The translations under genes and the position numbers were made by a program. A stretch of 60,010 nt of DNA from Gemmatimonadaceae bacterium (GTDB lineage: Bacteria > Gemmatimonadota > Gemmatimonadetes > Gemmatimonadales > Gemmatimonadaceae): positions 1-60,010 of the forward strand of contig JBGAJQ010000008.1 in the NCBI GenBank assembly GCA_044224875.1, in the 5' to 3' direction. Each line of letters starts with the position of its first letter. Position 1 is the stretch's first letter. The notes below the pieces were generated by a model that was not told where the DNA came from, made no database searches, and saw only the letters and a program-made list of their open reading frames with translations. Below, piece after piece: positions 38,338-48,565 of this stretch.

Positions 38338-39827
38338 GAGCTGACGGTCGCCTGTCGACGGGCGCGCCAGATGGACCAGAGCGCGATCGCGATGGCCACC
38401 GCGAGCAAACTTCCCGACCCAGGACGCTGGAATAAGGCCATCCAGCGACCGTCAGATACCACCAGCGCCCGTTCGAGATGTTGCTCAGCCAGGGGCCCAA
38501 GGATCGTACCCACCACAACCGGGACGAGCGGAACCGCAAAGCGCCTGAGCAGGAAGCCGAGCCATCCGATGGCAAACAGGATGGCGATGTCGACCACCGA
38601 ACGGTGCATCGCAAACGTTCCCACGGTCGCCAGCACGAGGACTCCGGCATTGAGCAGCGGTGCCGGCACCTTGAGCAGGCGAATCCAGATCCCGATCAAG
38701 GGCAGGTTCAACAGTACCAGCATCGCGTTCCCGATCAGGAGTGAGGCAACCAGCCCCCACACCAGGTCGGGCGCGTCACGAAAGAGGAGTGGACCGGGCT
38801 GCAAGCCGAACTGCTGAAAGGCGGCGAGGATCATCGCGGCCGTCGCCGTCGTGGGGAGACCGAGGGCGAGCAAAGGGACGAGCGTACCTGCCGCGGACGC
38901 GTTGTTGGCGGCCTCGGGACCGGCGACGCCTTCGATGGCGCCACGCCCGAACTCGTCGGGGTGCTTCGTTAGGCGGCGTTCGAGTGCATACGACAGGATG
39001 GTGGGAATTTCGGCCCCGCCGGCGGGCACCGCCCCGATCGGAAAGCCGATGGCGGTCCCACGCAGCCAGGCTGGCCACGACCGTCGCCAGTCGGCGCGCG
39101 TAAGACCTAACGGGCCGCGGTCGGTGACCAGGACATCCGTCTGCTCCGGTCCCCGCCACGCGGCATACAGCGTCTCCCCGATCGCAAAGAGGCCGACCGC
39201 CACCACGACCGTGTCGATGCCGTCCAGCAGCTGCGGGACCCCGAACGTGAGGCGCGGTTGACCCGTTTGCGCGTCGATGCCGATCGCTCCCATGGTGAGG
39301 CCGATGAAGAGCGCGAGTGCGTTCTTCAGGGGTGCGTCGGTGCTGGATGCCGCGACGGCAGCAAAGGCCACGGCAATCAGCCCAAAGTATTCCGCTGGTC
39401 CGAGGACCAGGGCCATCTGCGCCAACCGCGGGCCGAGCGCCGCCAGTAGCAACGTCCCAATGGTCCCCGCCACGAACGACCCGACCGCTGCCGTCGCCAA
39501 GGCGGCTCCGCCGCGCCCGCGCCGTGCCATCTGGTAGCCTTCCAGCGCCGTGACCACGGTGGCACTCTCACCCGGGGCGTTGAGGAGAATCGAGGTCGTC
39601 GACCCACCGTACATCGCACCGTAGTAGATGCCAGCGAAGAGTATGAGCGCGCTGGCCGGCTCCACACCAAAGGTCACCGGCAGCAGGAGCGAGATCGTCA
39701 TGGCCGGGCCGATGCCTGGCAACACGCCCACCGCCGTGCCTAACGCGGCACCGAGGAGGGCATACGCCAGGTGCGCCAGCGTCAGTGCCACCCCGAACCC
39801 GTGCCACAAACCTTCCCACGCGCTCAT
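38313..39827 (-). CDS. tctA: Tripartite tricarboxylate transporter large permease TctA
   Basis: [46 protein letters not shown]. Confidence 0.95.
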   Translation of the reverse strand: MSAWEGLWHGFGVALTLAHLAYALLGAALGTAVGVLPGIGPAMTISLLLPVTFGVEPASALILFAGIYYGAMYGGSTTSILLNAPGESATVVTALEGYQMARRGRGGAALATAAVGSFVAGTIGTLLLAALGPRLAQMALVLGPAEYFGLIAVAFAAVAASSTDAPLKNALALFIGLTMGAIGIDAQTGQPRLTFGVPQLLDGIDTVVVAVGLFAIGETLYAAWRGPEQTDVLVTDRGPLGLTRADWRRSWPAWLRGTAIGFPIGAVPAGGAEIPTILSYALERRLTKHPDEFGRGAIEGVAGPEAANNASAAGTLVPLLALGLPTTATAAMILAAFQQFGLQPGPLLFRDAPDLVWGLVASLLIGNAMLVLLNLPLIGIWIRLLKVPAPLLNAGVLVLATVGTFAMHRSVVDIAILFAIGWLGFLLRRFAVPLVPVVVGTILGPLAEQHLERALVVSDGRWMALFQRPGSGSLLAVAIAIALWSIWRARRQATVSSYDPIGRA

Positions 39828-41167
39828 CCCGTTCCCCACAGTCGCCCGACCGGCAACGGCATCCCCAGCAGGTACGTGAACGTGGCGTAGACGCCCGCGG
39901 AGAACAGCACGGCACTGAGCAGGTTCCGCACCCTATACGGGTCGCCGAAGGCACGCGCCGTCAGATAGAACAACACGGTGGAGGCAACGACAAACCCGGT
40001 CCACGGTGCCAGAAGCAAATTCAGACCCATGCCGAGGGCGATGTGCCACAAGGGCCGGTTGGACCGCGGCTCTTGCCGCGTCCGGGCCGCCGCAATGCGC
40101 GGTCGGAGCGCAACGATGCCCGTCAGCAGGAGGGTGAGCAGGATACCCCATACCCCCACGCTCGCCAATGACACATGGCGCACTGTGGTAGGCGTGGACC
40201 CACGCCCGCCGCGCCGGCGGGTCGCCAGTGTATTGACGCGCCTGCTCTCCGCCTGGACGAATCGGGCGAATGCGTCACCCGGCAACCAGAGATCAGACCA
40301 CCCACGCCGTTGCAGCTCGGCGAGCCAAGCCGGCGTGCGGACGAGTTGCTCGAGCATGGAAACCAATTGCATGCGGTCTGCCGGCGAAATGCCCGGCGGG
40401 GCCACCACACCACGCCAGTTGGCGAGATCCACGGGAACGCCAAGTTCGCGAAGCGTGGCGACGTCGATCCCGGGCTCGCGCTGAGGCGACGAGATCGCGA
40501 GGGCGCGAAGCCGGCCGCTCGCCAGGTGCGGGGCGAACTCGCTCCAACCACTGACGCCAACCGACACCTGCCCGCCAAGGAGGGCCGTGACGGCCTCGCC
40601 TCCACCGGAGAATGCCACGTAGCTCGTTCGCGACGGCTCCACGCCCACGGCTTCGGCCACCAGGTCCACCAGGATCTGGTCGGTACCTCCGGCCGATCCA
40701 CCACCCCAGGACACACTTCCGGGGGCGCGACGAAAGGCGGTCAGCAGCGATCCCAGCGACGTGTACGGGGACGACGCGGGAACGGCCAGCACCTCCCACT
40801 CACCCGTTAGGCGCGCGATGGGCGTCGTCTGCTCCACCGTCACCGGGGAGCGGTTGCTGGCGATCCCCCCGAGCATCACGAGACCGGTCACCAGCAACGC
40901 CCGGGAATCACCGCGCTTTCCTGAGACAAAACGGGCGAGCCCAATCGTGCCCGCCGCACCGGGGATGTTATCGACGTGCGAGCCTAGGGCGATCGCCGTG
41001 GAATCCAGGAGCTGTTGCAACGTGCGAGCGAGCTGATCCCAGCCGCCCCCCGGCGCGGCAGGTGCGGTGATCGCCAACCCCTTGGCGCCCTGTGCGGACG
41101 CACGCGCGGGCACCAGCGGTGTGCCCGTCAACGCAACGGCAAGTACGGCTCTCGTGGTCCACATCAT
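39824..41167 (-). CDS. TctC (Bug) substrate-binding protein fused to a TctB-like membrane domain
   Basis: PAAPGGGWDQLAR, NIPGAAGTIG, GGGSAGGTD, GRLRALAI, NWRGVVAPPG, followed by TM helices ending GFVVAST...FTYLLGMPLP (TctB-like). Confidence 0.88.
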   Translation of the reverse strand: MMWTTRAVLAVALTGTPLVPARASAQGAKGLAITAPAAPGGGWDQLARTLQQLLDSTAIALGSHVDNIPGAAGTIGLARFVSGKRGDSRALLVTGLVMLGGIASNRSPVTVEQTTPIARLTGEWEVLAVPASSPYTSLGSLLTAFRRAPGSVSWGGGSAGGTDQILVDLVAEAVGVEPSRTSYVAFSGGGEAVTALLGGQVSVGVSGWSEFAPHLASGRLRALAISSPQREPGIDVATLRELGVPVDLANWRGVVAPPGISPADRMQLVSMLEQLVRTPAWLAELQRRGWSDLWLPGDAFARFVQAESRRVNTLATRRRGGRGSTPTTVRHVSLASVGVWGILLTLLLTGIVALRPRIAAARTRQEPRSNRPLWHIALGMGLNLLLAPWTGFVVASTVLFYLTARAFGDPYRVRNLLSAVLFSAGVYATFTYLLGMPLPVGRLWGTG

Positions 41168-41234
41168 CTCGCGACCAATCTACCGAGCGCGCGCCTAGCG
41201 AGCGACGCGCCGGCGGGCGCATTATTTCGCCAGC

Positions 41235-42716
41235 ATGCAACTCGCCGATCTCTTCGACCTGTCCTTGCTGGGGCGTCACGACCGACCGGCCCTGGATCTC
41301 GATGGACCCGACGGAGGCGTCGAGACTCTGACATTCGGCGAGATCGACCGGCGCGCTCGCCGCATGGCGCTGGCGCTGCAGGCGCGGAGCGTGCACCGCG
41401 GCGATCGGGTGGCGGTTCAGCTGCCGAACTCGATCGAGTTTCTCGAGATCTTCATCGCCTGCATGAAGTTGGGCGCGGTGTTTGTGCCGATCAACGTGAT
41501 GTATCGCTCCCGCGAAGTCTCGCACATTGTGGAAGACGCCGAACCGGCGCTGGCCATCACCAGCGAGGAGAACCTCGAGTTCTTTCTGGCGGCGCCGTCG
41601 GCGATCACGATCGACGCGCTGTGCCGGGAAGTCGAACAGCAACCACCGTCGCCCGACGCCGTGCGCGTTGCACTCGACGGGGATGCTCCCGCCCTGATCG
41701 TGTACACCTCCGGAACGACCGGCCGGTCCAAGGGCGCCGTGTTGACCCACAACAACTGCCTGGCGAACGCGGCGAATATCACGATGTGCTGGTGCATCAC
41801 GGCGGCCGACCGTTACCTGGCGGCGCTTCCGCTTTTTCACGTACATGGCCTGGGCAACGGGGTCCTGAGTTGGCTGGCCAGTGGTTGTCGCATGCGGCTG
41901 CTGGAACGGTTCGAGCTGCAACGCGCCGTGCAGGCATTCACCTCGTTCCGAGCGACCCTGTTCTTTGGCGTGCCGACGATGTATGTGCGACTCCTCGAAG
42001 TCGCAGACGACGTTGCCGCCGGAATCGGGACACCCATGCGGCTCTTTGTCTGCGGATCGGCACCGCTGCCGGCCCAGGTCCTCCAGGCGTTCGAGCGAAA
42101 ATTCGGACACACCATTCTCGAGCGGTACGGCATGAGCGAAACGCTCATGAACCTGGGCAACCCATACGCCGGTGAACGTCGTGCCGGAACCGTGGGGGTC
42201 CCGTTCCCCGGCGTGAGCGCGCGGATTGTCGATGCGAATGTTCTTCCGGTGGCAGCGGATACCGTCGGCGAGCTGGAGGTGCGCGGCCCTCACGTCATGT
42301 CGGGCTACTGGAACAACCCGGACGCGACGGCCAAGGCCTTCCGCGACGGCTGGTTTCGGACTGGTGACCTGGCCGAGTGTTCGGCGGATGGATACTTCAC
42401 CCTGCGCGGTCGCAGTTCAGACCTGATCATCTCCGGCGGCTTCAACATCTACCCGCGAGAGATCGAGGAAGTGCTGCTCGAGCAACCCGGGGTGCGCGAG
42501 GTCGTCGTGGTCGGCGTGCCGGACGAGCGCCGCGGTGAGGTACCGGTGGCCTACCTGGTCACCGATGAGGTCGAAACCGGGCGGCTGCGCGACGTGTGCG
42601 TGCGCTCCTTTGCCTCGTTCAAGATTCCTCGCGCCTTCATACGCGTGGACAGCCTGCCGCGAACCGCGTTAGGCAAGATCCAGAAGCACCTCCTTCCCCC
42701 GTGGAGCTCCACATGA
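41235..42716 (+). CDS. matB: Acyl-CoA synthetase, malonyl-CoA synthetase (MatB)-like
   Basis: YTSGTTGRSKGA, LPLFHVHGL, ILERYGMSET, ERRAGTVG, DLIISGGFNIYPREIE, LPRTALGKIQK. Adjacent to a MatC-like carrier. Confidence 0.8.
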   Translation: MQLADLFDLSLLGRHDRPALDLDGPDGGVETLTFGEIDRRARRMALALQARSVHRGDRVAVQLPNSIEFLEIFIACMKLGAVFVPINVMYRSREVSHIVEDAEPALAITSEENLEFFLAAPSAITIDALCREVEQQPPSPDAVRVALDGDAPALIVYTSGTTGRSKGAVLTHNNCLANAANITMCWCITAADRYLAALPLFHVHGLGNGVLSWLASGCRMRLLERFELQRAVQAFTSFRATLFFGVPTMYVRLLEVADDVAAGIGTPMRLFVCGSAPLPAQVLQAFERKFGHTILERYGMSETLMNLGNPYAGERRAGTVGVPFPGVSARIVDANVLPVAADTVGELEVRGPHVMSGYWNNPDATAKAFRDGWFRTGDLAECSADGYFTLRGRSSDLIISGGFNIYPREIEEVLLEQPGVREVVVVGVPDERRGEVPVAYLVTDEVETGRLRDVCVRSFASFKIPRAFIRVDSLPRTALGKIQKHLLPPWSST

Positions 42717-43963
42717 CGCCAGCGGTCGCGTCACTGCTCGCCCTCCTCGTCGCCATCGTGCTGAGCATGGTCTCCCGGCTCAATGTCGGGGTCCTGTCGA
42801 TCGCCTTTGCCTGGATCATTGGGGTGTACCTGGCAGGGTGGAAGCCGGACCAGGTCACGGCGGGATTTCCGACATCCCTCTTCGTGACCCTGGCAGGCGT
42901 CGCACTCCTCTTTTCACTCGCCGATGCGAATGGGACCCTCGAGCGTCTGACCCAACGATCCGTGAAGCTGGCGAGCGGGAATGCCAGACTGCTGCCGATC
43001 ATCTTCTTTGCGATCGCGTTTGCCATTTCGTCCGTTGGCCCTGGCGCTATCTCCAGCGTGGCGCTCGTGATTCCATTGGCGATGCCCATCTGCACCCGCG
43101 CCGGTATCTCGCGATTCCTCACCTCATTGATGGTGGCCAACGGCGCCAATGCCGGGAACCTCTCGCCCATCAGCTCCGTGGGGATCATCGCCAACACCAA
43201 GATGGCCGAGGCGGGGATCGTTGGACACAGCGGCAAGGTGTGGTTCGCGAATTTTCTTGCGCACGCCCTCGTATCCCTGGTGGCATACGTCATCCTGATC
43301 CGCCGGCATTCCACGGCGACGGCCGGCGAGTCGTCCATGGACATGGAGATCGCGTCGTTCGAGCAGCGTCACTGGCTCACCATCGGCATCGTGACGGCGT
43401 GGATCGTCGGGGTGATGGTGTTGAAGCTGAATGTGGGAATGGCGGCGTTCGGGGCCGCCGCCCTGTTGGTGCTGGTGAGCGCCGCCGATGAATCGGCGGC
43501 CATGAAGAAGATCCCGTGGGGCGTGATCGTGATGGTCAGCGGCGTGTCCGTGCTCATTGCGGTGCTGGAGAAAACGGGAGGGATGGAACTCTTCTCGTCC
43601 CTGCTGGCCAAGGTCGCATCGCCCGCCACGCTCAACGGCGCCATCGCATTCATCACCGGCCTGATCTCCACCTGGAGCAGCACGTCGGGGGTGGTCCTGC
43701 CCGCCTTCCTGCCGACCGTTCCGTCCCTCGTCTCCAAGGTTGGCGGCGGCGACCCGCTGGCCGTTGCACTCAGCATCAATGTCGGCTCCGCGCTGGTAGA
43801 CGTCTCACCGCTCTCCACACTCGGCGCACTGTGCTTGGCGACCGTGAGTGACACCTCAGAATCCCGTCAGCTGTTCAAGCAGCTGATCGTCTGGGGACTG
43901 TCGATGAGCGTGGTGGGTGCACTGCTCTCGCAACTCATGAACGGCGTGCTGGCCGCGCTCTGA
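42713..43963 (+). CDS. matC: Dicarboxylate carrier, MatC-like (ion transporter superfamily)
   Basis: LNVGVL, GFPTSLFVTLAGV.LLF..A..NGTL, SSTSGVVLP, VDVSPLSTLGAL. ATGA overlap with matB. Confidence 0.8.
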   Translation: MTPAVASLLALLVAIVLSMVSRLNVGVLSIAFAWIIGVYLAGWKPDQVTAGFPTSLFVTLAGVALLFSLADANGTLERLTQRSVKLASGNARLLPIIFFAIAFAISSVGPGAISSVALVIPLAMPICTRAGISRFLTSLMVANGANAGNLSPISSVGIIANTKMAEAGIVGHSGKVWFANFLAHALVSLVAYVILIRRHSTATAGESSMDMEIASFEQRHWLTIGIVTAWIVGVMVLKLNVGMAAFGAAALLVLVSAADESAAMKKIPWGVIVMVSGVSVLIAVLEKTGGMELFSSLLAKVASPATLNGAIAFITGLISTWSSTSGVVLPAFLPTVPSLVSKVGGGDPLAVALSINVGSALVDVSPLSTLGALCLATVSDTSESRQLFKQLIVWGLSMSVVGALLSQLMNGVLAAL

Positions 43964-43983
43964 CGCTTCCTATCCGGTCCGTC

Positions 43984-44021
43984 TTGACAGCGTCCGATCC
44001 GTGTGACAAAATTTTGTCTCA
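43984..44021 (+). promoter_or_regulatory. Sigma-70-like promoter with an overlapping palindromic operator (candidate BlaI site)
   Basis: TTGACA (43984-43989), 17-nt spacer, CAAAAT (44007-44012). Near-perfect palindrome TGTGACAAAATTTTGTCTCA (44002-44021) covers the -10. Confidence 0.7.
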
Positions 44022-44143
44022 CCTTCTGGCGAGTCCAGCGCGAGGTAGGCGATCACAGGGGCTCACCTCGAGTGTTCCTGGGTGACATGTCGATGGGGTT
44101 CGCTTCGCGTCTCGATGCGCGCGGTGTGTTCGTCCCAGAGTTT

Positions 44144-44557
44144 ATGCATTCGGACCGGAGCGCTGTGCCGACCTCCTCATCTCCCAGCACCCTCAGTCGA
44201 CGCGAGCGCCAGATCATGGATGCGGTCTACCGCATGGGGCGCGCGACCGCGGCCGAGATCCGGGCTGCACTTCCCGACCCTCCGCACTTGGCGGCGGTTC
44301 GAACCTTGGTGCGCATCCTCGAGGACAAGGGGCACCTTCGCCACGTGAAGGATGGCCCGCGACACGTCTATCTCCCGACCACACCGCACACCATTGCGCA
44401 ACGTTCGGCGCTGCGACACCTGGTTGGCACCTTCTTCAACGGATCGCGCACGGCGGCGCTGGCGGCCTTGGTGGACGACACCGAACGACCGCTTTCCTCG
44501 AGTGAACGCGCCGAGTTGCAGTCGGTGATCCAGCGGTTGCGTTCGGAGGGGCGTTAG
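44144..44557 (+). CDS. BlaI/MecI/CopY family repressor
   Basis: LSRRERQIMD..Y, VRTLVRILEDKG, ALRHLVGTFFNGS. Start is ATG 44144 or GTG 44166. Confidence 0.93.
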   Translation: MHSDRSAVPTSSSPSTLSRRERQIMDAVYRMGRATAAEIRAALPDPPHLAAVRTLVRILEDKGHLRHVKDGPRHVYLPTTPHTIAQRSALRHLVGTFFNGSRTAALAALVDDTERPLSSSERAELQSVIQRLRSEGR

Positions 44558-44561
44558 GCGC

Positions 44562-45800
44562 ATGTGGACCCCGCCGTTCCCGACACCGGCCGACAGTGCC
44601 CGTGCAGTGGCGCACGTATACTCACTGTCGCTGCTGGCGTGCGTTCCCTTGCTCGCCGCGGGCTTTGGCGTGCTCTTCGCACGCCGCGCGCCGGCGTCGG
44701 TGCGTGCGCTCATCTGGAAGGGGGCCGCGGCGGCACTGCTGGTCATCTATGTGGGGCGATTGCTGCCGTATAGCGGATTGGCGTGGAGCATCCCCGACGA
44801 CCTCGCGGCCCCCTTGATTGCCCTGGGGCGGTTGCAGCTCTCGGGAGCGGCCTCCGGCGGCGGAATGGGCGCCACCTTCCCCATGTTCGAGCGACTCGTT
44901 CAGGTGCTGTGGATGGTGTACCTGACGGGCGTGGTGACGGCCTTGGTGCCCGTCATGCGATCGGTGCTTGCCGGCTGGCGTCTTTCGCGGCAGGCGTGCC
45001 GGTCGGATGATCGTCGCCTCTTGGCGTTATTGACGGAGACACAGGGCGCGATGGGCGTGCGACGACGTGTCACGTTGCGTGTGATCCAGGCAGACGTCGT
45101 CCCGCAGACGTTGGGCGTCCTTCGACCTGTAATCCTCCTGCCGGCAGCTACGCTGCAGTGGGATGACGACGAAGTGCGCGCCACACTCATGCACGAACTG
45201 GCGCACATTGCGCGCGGCGACGTCCTGGCGGTGCTGGCGTCGCGCTTGGCCTGCGGCCTCTATTGGTTCCATCCCGTGAGTTGGTGGACGGCGTCGAGGC
45301 TGCGTACGGAGATGGAGATCGCTTGCGACGACCGTGTGCTGGCGGCCGGTGTCCGAGCGAGCGACTACGCGCAATTGTTGCTCATGGCCAGTACGCATGG
45401 CCGCTCTGCTGGCGCGCTGGGCACGGCCCTTGGCGGCGGTGTGCCGCGCAACGGATTGCGTGGACGCCTGGCAGCCATCGTCGGTCCGCGACGACCGGCC
45501 GGCGCGGGAACGTGGCGGCAGGTTGCAGCTGCAACCGCTCTCACCTTGGGTCTGGCATTGCCAGCGGCCACGGTCCGACTGTCTCCCTCGCGGAACGCCC
45601 TCACCAGCCTGCTGGGCGACACTCGCTGGGAATCACGCGCCTACGCCGCCGCCGGGTTGGCCCAGCGCCGCGACTCCATCGACGTCGCGCGCGCCGCGGC
45701 GCAGCGCGATCCCAGCCCGCGTGTGCGCGCTCTCGCGCGATTCGCCCTGGCGCAACCGATGGGTCGCGACCTGCCAACGCTGCTGGCGCACCAACCCTAA
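44562..45800 (+). CDS. M56 (BlaR1/MecR1-type) metallopeptidase with a short C-terminal HEAT-like repeat
   Basis: PVILLP, HELAHIARGD, YWFHPVSW, EIACDDRVL. C-terminal DTRWESRAYAA...DPSPRVRALARFAL. Confidence 0.9.
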   Translation: MWTPPFPTPADSARAVAHVYSLSLLACVPLLAAGFGVLFARRAPASVRALIWKGAAAALLVIYVGRLLPYSGLAWSIPDDLAAPLIALGRLQLSGAASGGGMGATFPMFERLVQVLWMVYLTGVVTALVPVMRSVLAGWRLSRQACRSDDRRLLALLTETQGAMGVRRRVTLRVIQADVVPQTLGVLRPVILLPAATLQWDDDEVRATLMHELAHIARGDVLAVLASRLACGLYWFHPVSWWTASRLRTEMEIACDDRVLAAGVRASDYAQLLLMASTHGRSAGALGTALGGGVPRNGLRGRLAAIVGPRRPAGAGTWRQVAAATALTLGLALPAATVRLSPSRNALTSLLGDTRWESRAYAAAGLAQRRDSIDVARAAAQRDPSPRVRALARFALAQPMGRDLPTLLAHQP

Positions 45801-45835
45801 GCCAAACGCCCGTTGCACGCTTCGATGCATCCCAA

Positions 45836-45855
45836 CGTGATAAAAATTTGTCCTT
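45836..45855. promoter_or_regulatory. Second copy of the candidate BlaI operator
   Basis: CGTGATAAAAATTTGTCCTT matches the 44002-44021 palindrome at 14 of 16 core positions and lies 9 nt before ATG 45865. Confidence 0.55.
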
Positions 45856-45864
45856 GAGCCGGCC

Positions 45865-48279
45865 ATGACGCCCTGGAACCTTCGATCCGATCGCTCGTCG
45901 TTGATGCTGACGATAGCCGCTGCCGTATCCCTCCTCGCGGGCTTTGTCGACCTCGTGCGCGGCGGGATTACGACAGGCCCCATCCTGCTCGTGCTGGCGT
46001 ACCTGGTGCTCGTCCCAGCGGCGATCTGGCGACGCGGCCGCCAATCTTCGGTGCCGGATGTCCCGGATGCGCGCCCACCGTACCTCGCGGCCACCGTCGT
46101 CGGCGCCGCCATCCTGATGTTGTATCTGGCGACGCTGGCTCCGTCCACCGCCATGTGGGACACCAGTGAGTACATCGCCGCTGCCTACACGGTGGGCCTG
46201 CCGCACCCGCCCGGCAATCCGCTGTTCGTGTTGATCGGTCGTGTCTTTGCATTGTTGCCCATCGCGAGCACGGTCGCGGTGCGCTTGAACGTCCTGGCCG
46301 CACTGTGCAGCGCCGCATCCGCGGCGTTCTGGTTCCTGACCGTCGAGCGAGTTGCGCGAGGTTGGTTGCCACGCCAGCCGCGTCTGGCGGTCGCCGCCAT
46401 CGCTGCCCTCGTGGGTGCCACGGCCTTCACGGTATGGAACCAATCCGTGGTGAACGAGAAGGTCTACACAGTGTCCCTCGCCATGATGGCCGCCATCAGC
46501 TGGTTGATGTTCCGGTGGATCGATGCGCCTGACGGTAAGTCAGCCGATGCCCTGCTGCTCCTGGTCGCGTACCTCCTGGGTCTTGGCTACTCGAATCACA
46601 TGGCCGGCATGCTGCCGGCACCCGCGGTGGCGCTGGTTGTGTTGCTGCGGCGGCCCAGGACACTTCTGCGCTGGCGTCTCCTCCTTGGCGGGGCCGCGTT
46701 GGCCCTGCTCGGACTCACGCCCTTTGCCACGCAACCGATTCGCGCCGCGTACCAACCCGCCATCAATGAGGGAGAGCCAACGGCCTGCCGCGACGGTCTC
46801 AAGATTTCGTGCACGTTTTCCAAGGGAACGTGGGATGCCTTCAGCTACAACTTCAATCGGGAGCAGTACGGCAAGCCCGACCTCTCCGTTCGTCAGGCGC
46901 CGTTCACGGCGCAGGTGGGGATGTGGTGGCTGTACTTCCGTTGGCAGTGGTGGCGGGACGCGCAGAACGAACATCCGGCCGCGCAGCACGCATTGGCGGT
47001 GGCGTTCCTGCTGCTGGCCGCCATCGGCGGGTGGGTCCACTACCACCGTCATCGCGCGTCGTTCTGGTACTTCGGCCCGCTCGTCTTCCTCATGACGCTG
47101 GCGCTCATCTACTACCTGAACTTTCGCTACGGCGCGTCGCAGGACCCTGACCTTTCGGTCGCTCGTGAGGTGCGAGACCGGGACTACTTCTTCATCTGGA
47201 GCTTCTCGGCGCTGTCTGTATGGATCGGCCTTGGGTTGGCGTACGTGTGGGAGAGTGTCGCCGAGGGGCTGCGCAGGTCGCCGCGGATCGAAGCGTTAGG
47301 TGCCTATCGCGTAGCGACACCGGCGTTGCTGCTGGCGTTTGTTCCGTTGTTCGCCAACTGGTCGGCCGCTTCACGCCGCGGCGACCGGACCACCTTGGCC
47401 TTTGCGCACGATCTCCTGAACTCGGTGGAGCCGTACGCGGTCCTCATCACCGGAGGCGACAACGACACCTTCCCGCTCTGGTACGCGCAGGAAGTCGAGG
47501 GCATCCGGCGCGACGTGACGGTGGGTGTGTTGTCCCTGATGAACACCGATTGGTACGCACGCGCCATGATCCGGCGACCGATCTATGAATACGACGCGGC
47601 GAAGGGGCCTGCCATCTATCGTGCGCGCTCGTGGCCGAAGCCCACCACACCGCCGTTACGACTGACCTTGGCCCAAGCGGACTCTATTCCCCAGTACGTC
47701 GTGGTGCGAGAACCTGTCGTGTTCGAGCGCCCGGGCCTTCGTGCCGTGATCGAACCGGAGCGGCTGACGCCGGACGGCACGGGTGGCGGGATTCTGGAGA
47801 AGGCGGACCTACTCGTGTTGCGCATGCTGCTGGACTCCTGGCCCGATCGACCGCTCTACATCAGCCGCACCACCGGCAACTACGCGCAGCAGATGGGGCT
47901 CACGGACAACGTGATCTCGCGCGGCCTGGCGCAGGCCGTGGTACCGGCGCCAATCACCGGTGCCGAAGGTCATGTGAAAGTTGAGGGTGACGGTTGGATC
48001 GACGTCCCTCGCACCCGCGCCCTGTGGAACGACGTGTACCAGGGCCCCGCCGCGATCATCGCGCGCAACGACTGGGTAGACAGGCCGTCGGTTAGCGTCC
48101 CGTTCAGCTACCTGGTATCCGGGAGTGTGCTCGCCCAAGTGTTGCTAGCACAGGGAGACACGACCGGCGCCAACTCAGTGAGCGCTACGGTGGCGGGCCT
48201 GGCGAAGGCCGTCCATGTCGAGCGCTTGCTGGAGAATTCGAAGAACGCCGACGTTCGTGAGGACCGGGCAAAGAACTGA
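45865..48279 (+). CDS. DUF2723 / TMEM260-like GT-C membrane glycosyltransferase
   Basis: TLAPS...WDTSEYI...LPHPPGNPLF, EKVY, REVRDRDYFF, GDNDTFPLWYAQEVEGIRRDV. Confidence 0.9.
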   Translation: MTPWNLRSDRSSLMLTIAAAVSLLAGFVDLVRGGITTGPILLVLAYLVLVPAAIWRRGRQSSVPDVPDARPPYLAATVVGAAILMLYLATLAPSTAMWDTSEYIAAAYTVGLPHPPGNPLFVLIGRVFALLPIASTVAVRLNVLAALCSAASAAFWFLTVERVARGWLPRQPRLAVAAIAALVGATAFTVWNQSVVNEKVYTVSLAMMAAISWLMFRWIDAPDGKSADALLLLVAYLLGLGYSNHMAGMLPAPAVALVVLLRRPRTLLRWRLLLGGAALALLGLTPFATQPIRAAYQPAINEGEPTACRDGLKISCTFSKGTWDAFSYNFNREQYGKPDLSVRQAPFTAQVGMWWLYFRWQWWRDAQNEHPAAQHALAVAFLLLAAIGGWVHYHRHRASFWYFGPLVFLMTLALIYYLNFRYGASQDPDLSVAREVRDRDYFFIWSFSALSVWIGLGLAYVWESVAEGLRRSPRIEALGAYRVATPALLLAFVPLFANWSAASRRGDRTTLAFAHDLLNSVEPYAVLITGGDNDTFPLWYAQEVEGIRRDVTVGVLSLMNTDWYARAMIRRPIYEYDAAKGPAIYRARSWPKPTTPPLRLTLAQADSIPQYVVVREPVVFERPGLRAVIEPERLTPDGTGGGILEKADLLVLRMLLDSWPDRPLYISRTTGNYAQQMGLTDNVISRGLAQAVVPAPITGAEGHVKVEGDGWIDVPRTRALWNDVYQGPAAIIARNDWVDRPSVSVPFSYLVSGSVLAQVLLAQGDTTGANSVSATVAGLAKAVHVERLLENSKNADVREDRAKN

Positions 48280-48565
48280 GCGCGAATTCCAATCGCCACT
48301 CGTCACGACAGCCGAGTCGCGGGACCTCGGTCGCCGCGCGACGCCAGGTCTTCGGGCTGGCGGCGACGCGCGTGAAATGGCCTATTCTCGTGAACTGCAC
48401 ATGAACGTGAGGCTTCAACCAGGGCCAATACCTAACGTGCTTGTGCGATGCCGCACGGCGTGGCAGACTGGTCGGGAGTAGGCTGTTGCACCTCCTGCAA
48501 CCTGCGAACGCCAGCCGGCCCGCGCGTTGCACAGCAATCGGCTCGTTCCTGACGGAGATCTCCCA

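Noticed and set aside
40968..42293. Long alternative-frame and antisense ORFs over matB, and similar ones across the window (e.g. 12-1127, 1414-2442)
   Set aside because: Typical shadow ORFs of high-GC DNA that overlap well-supported genes.
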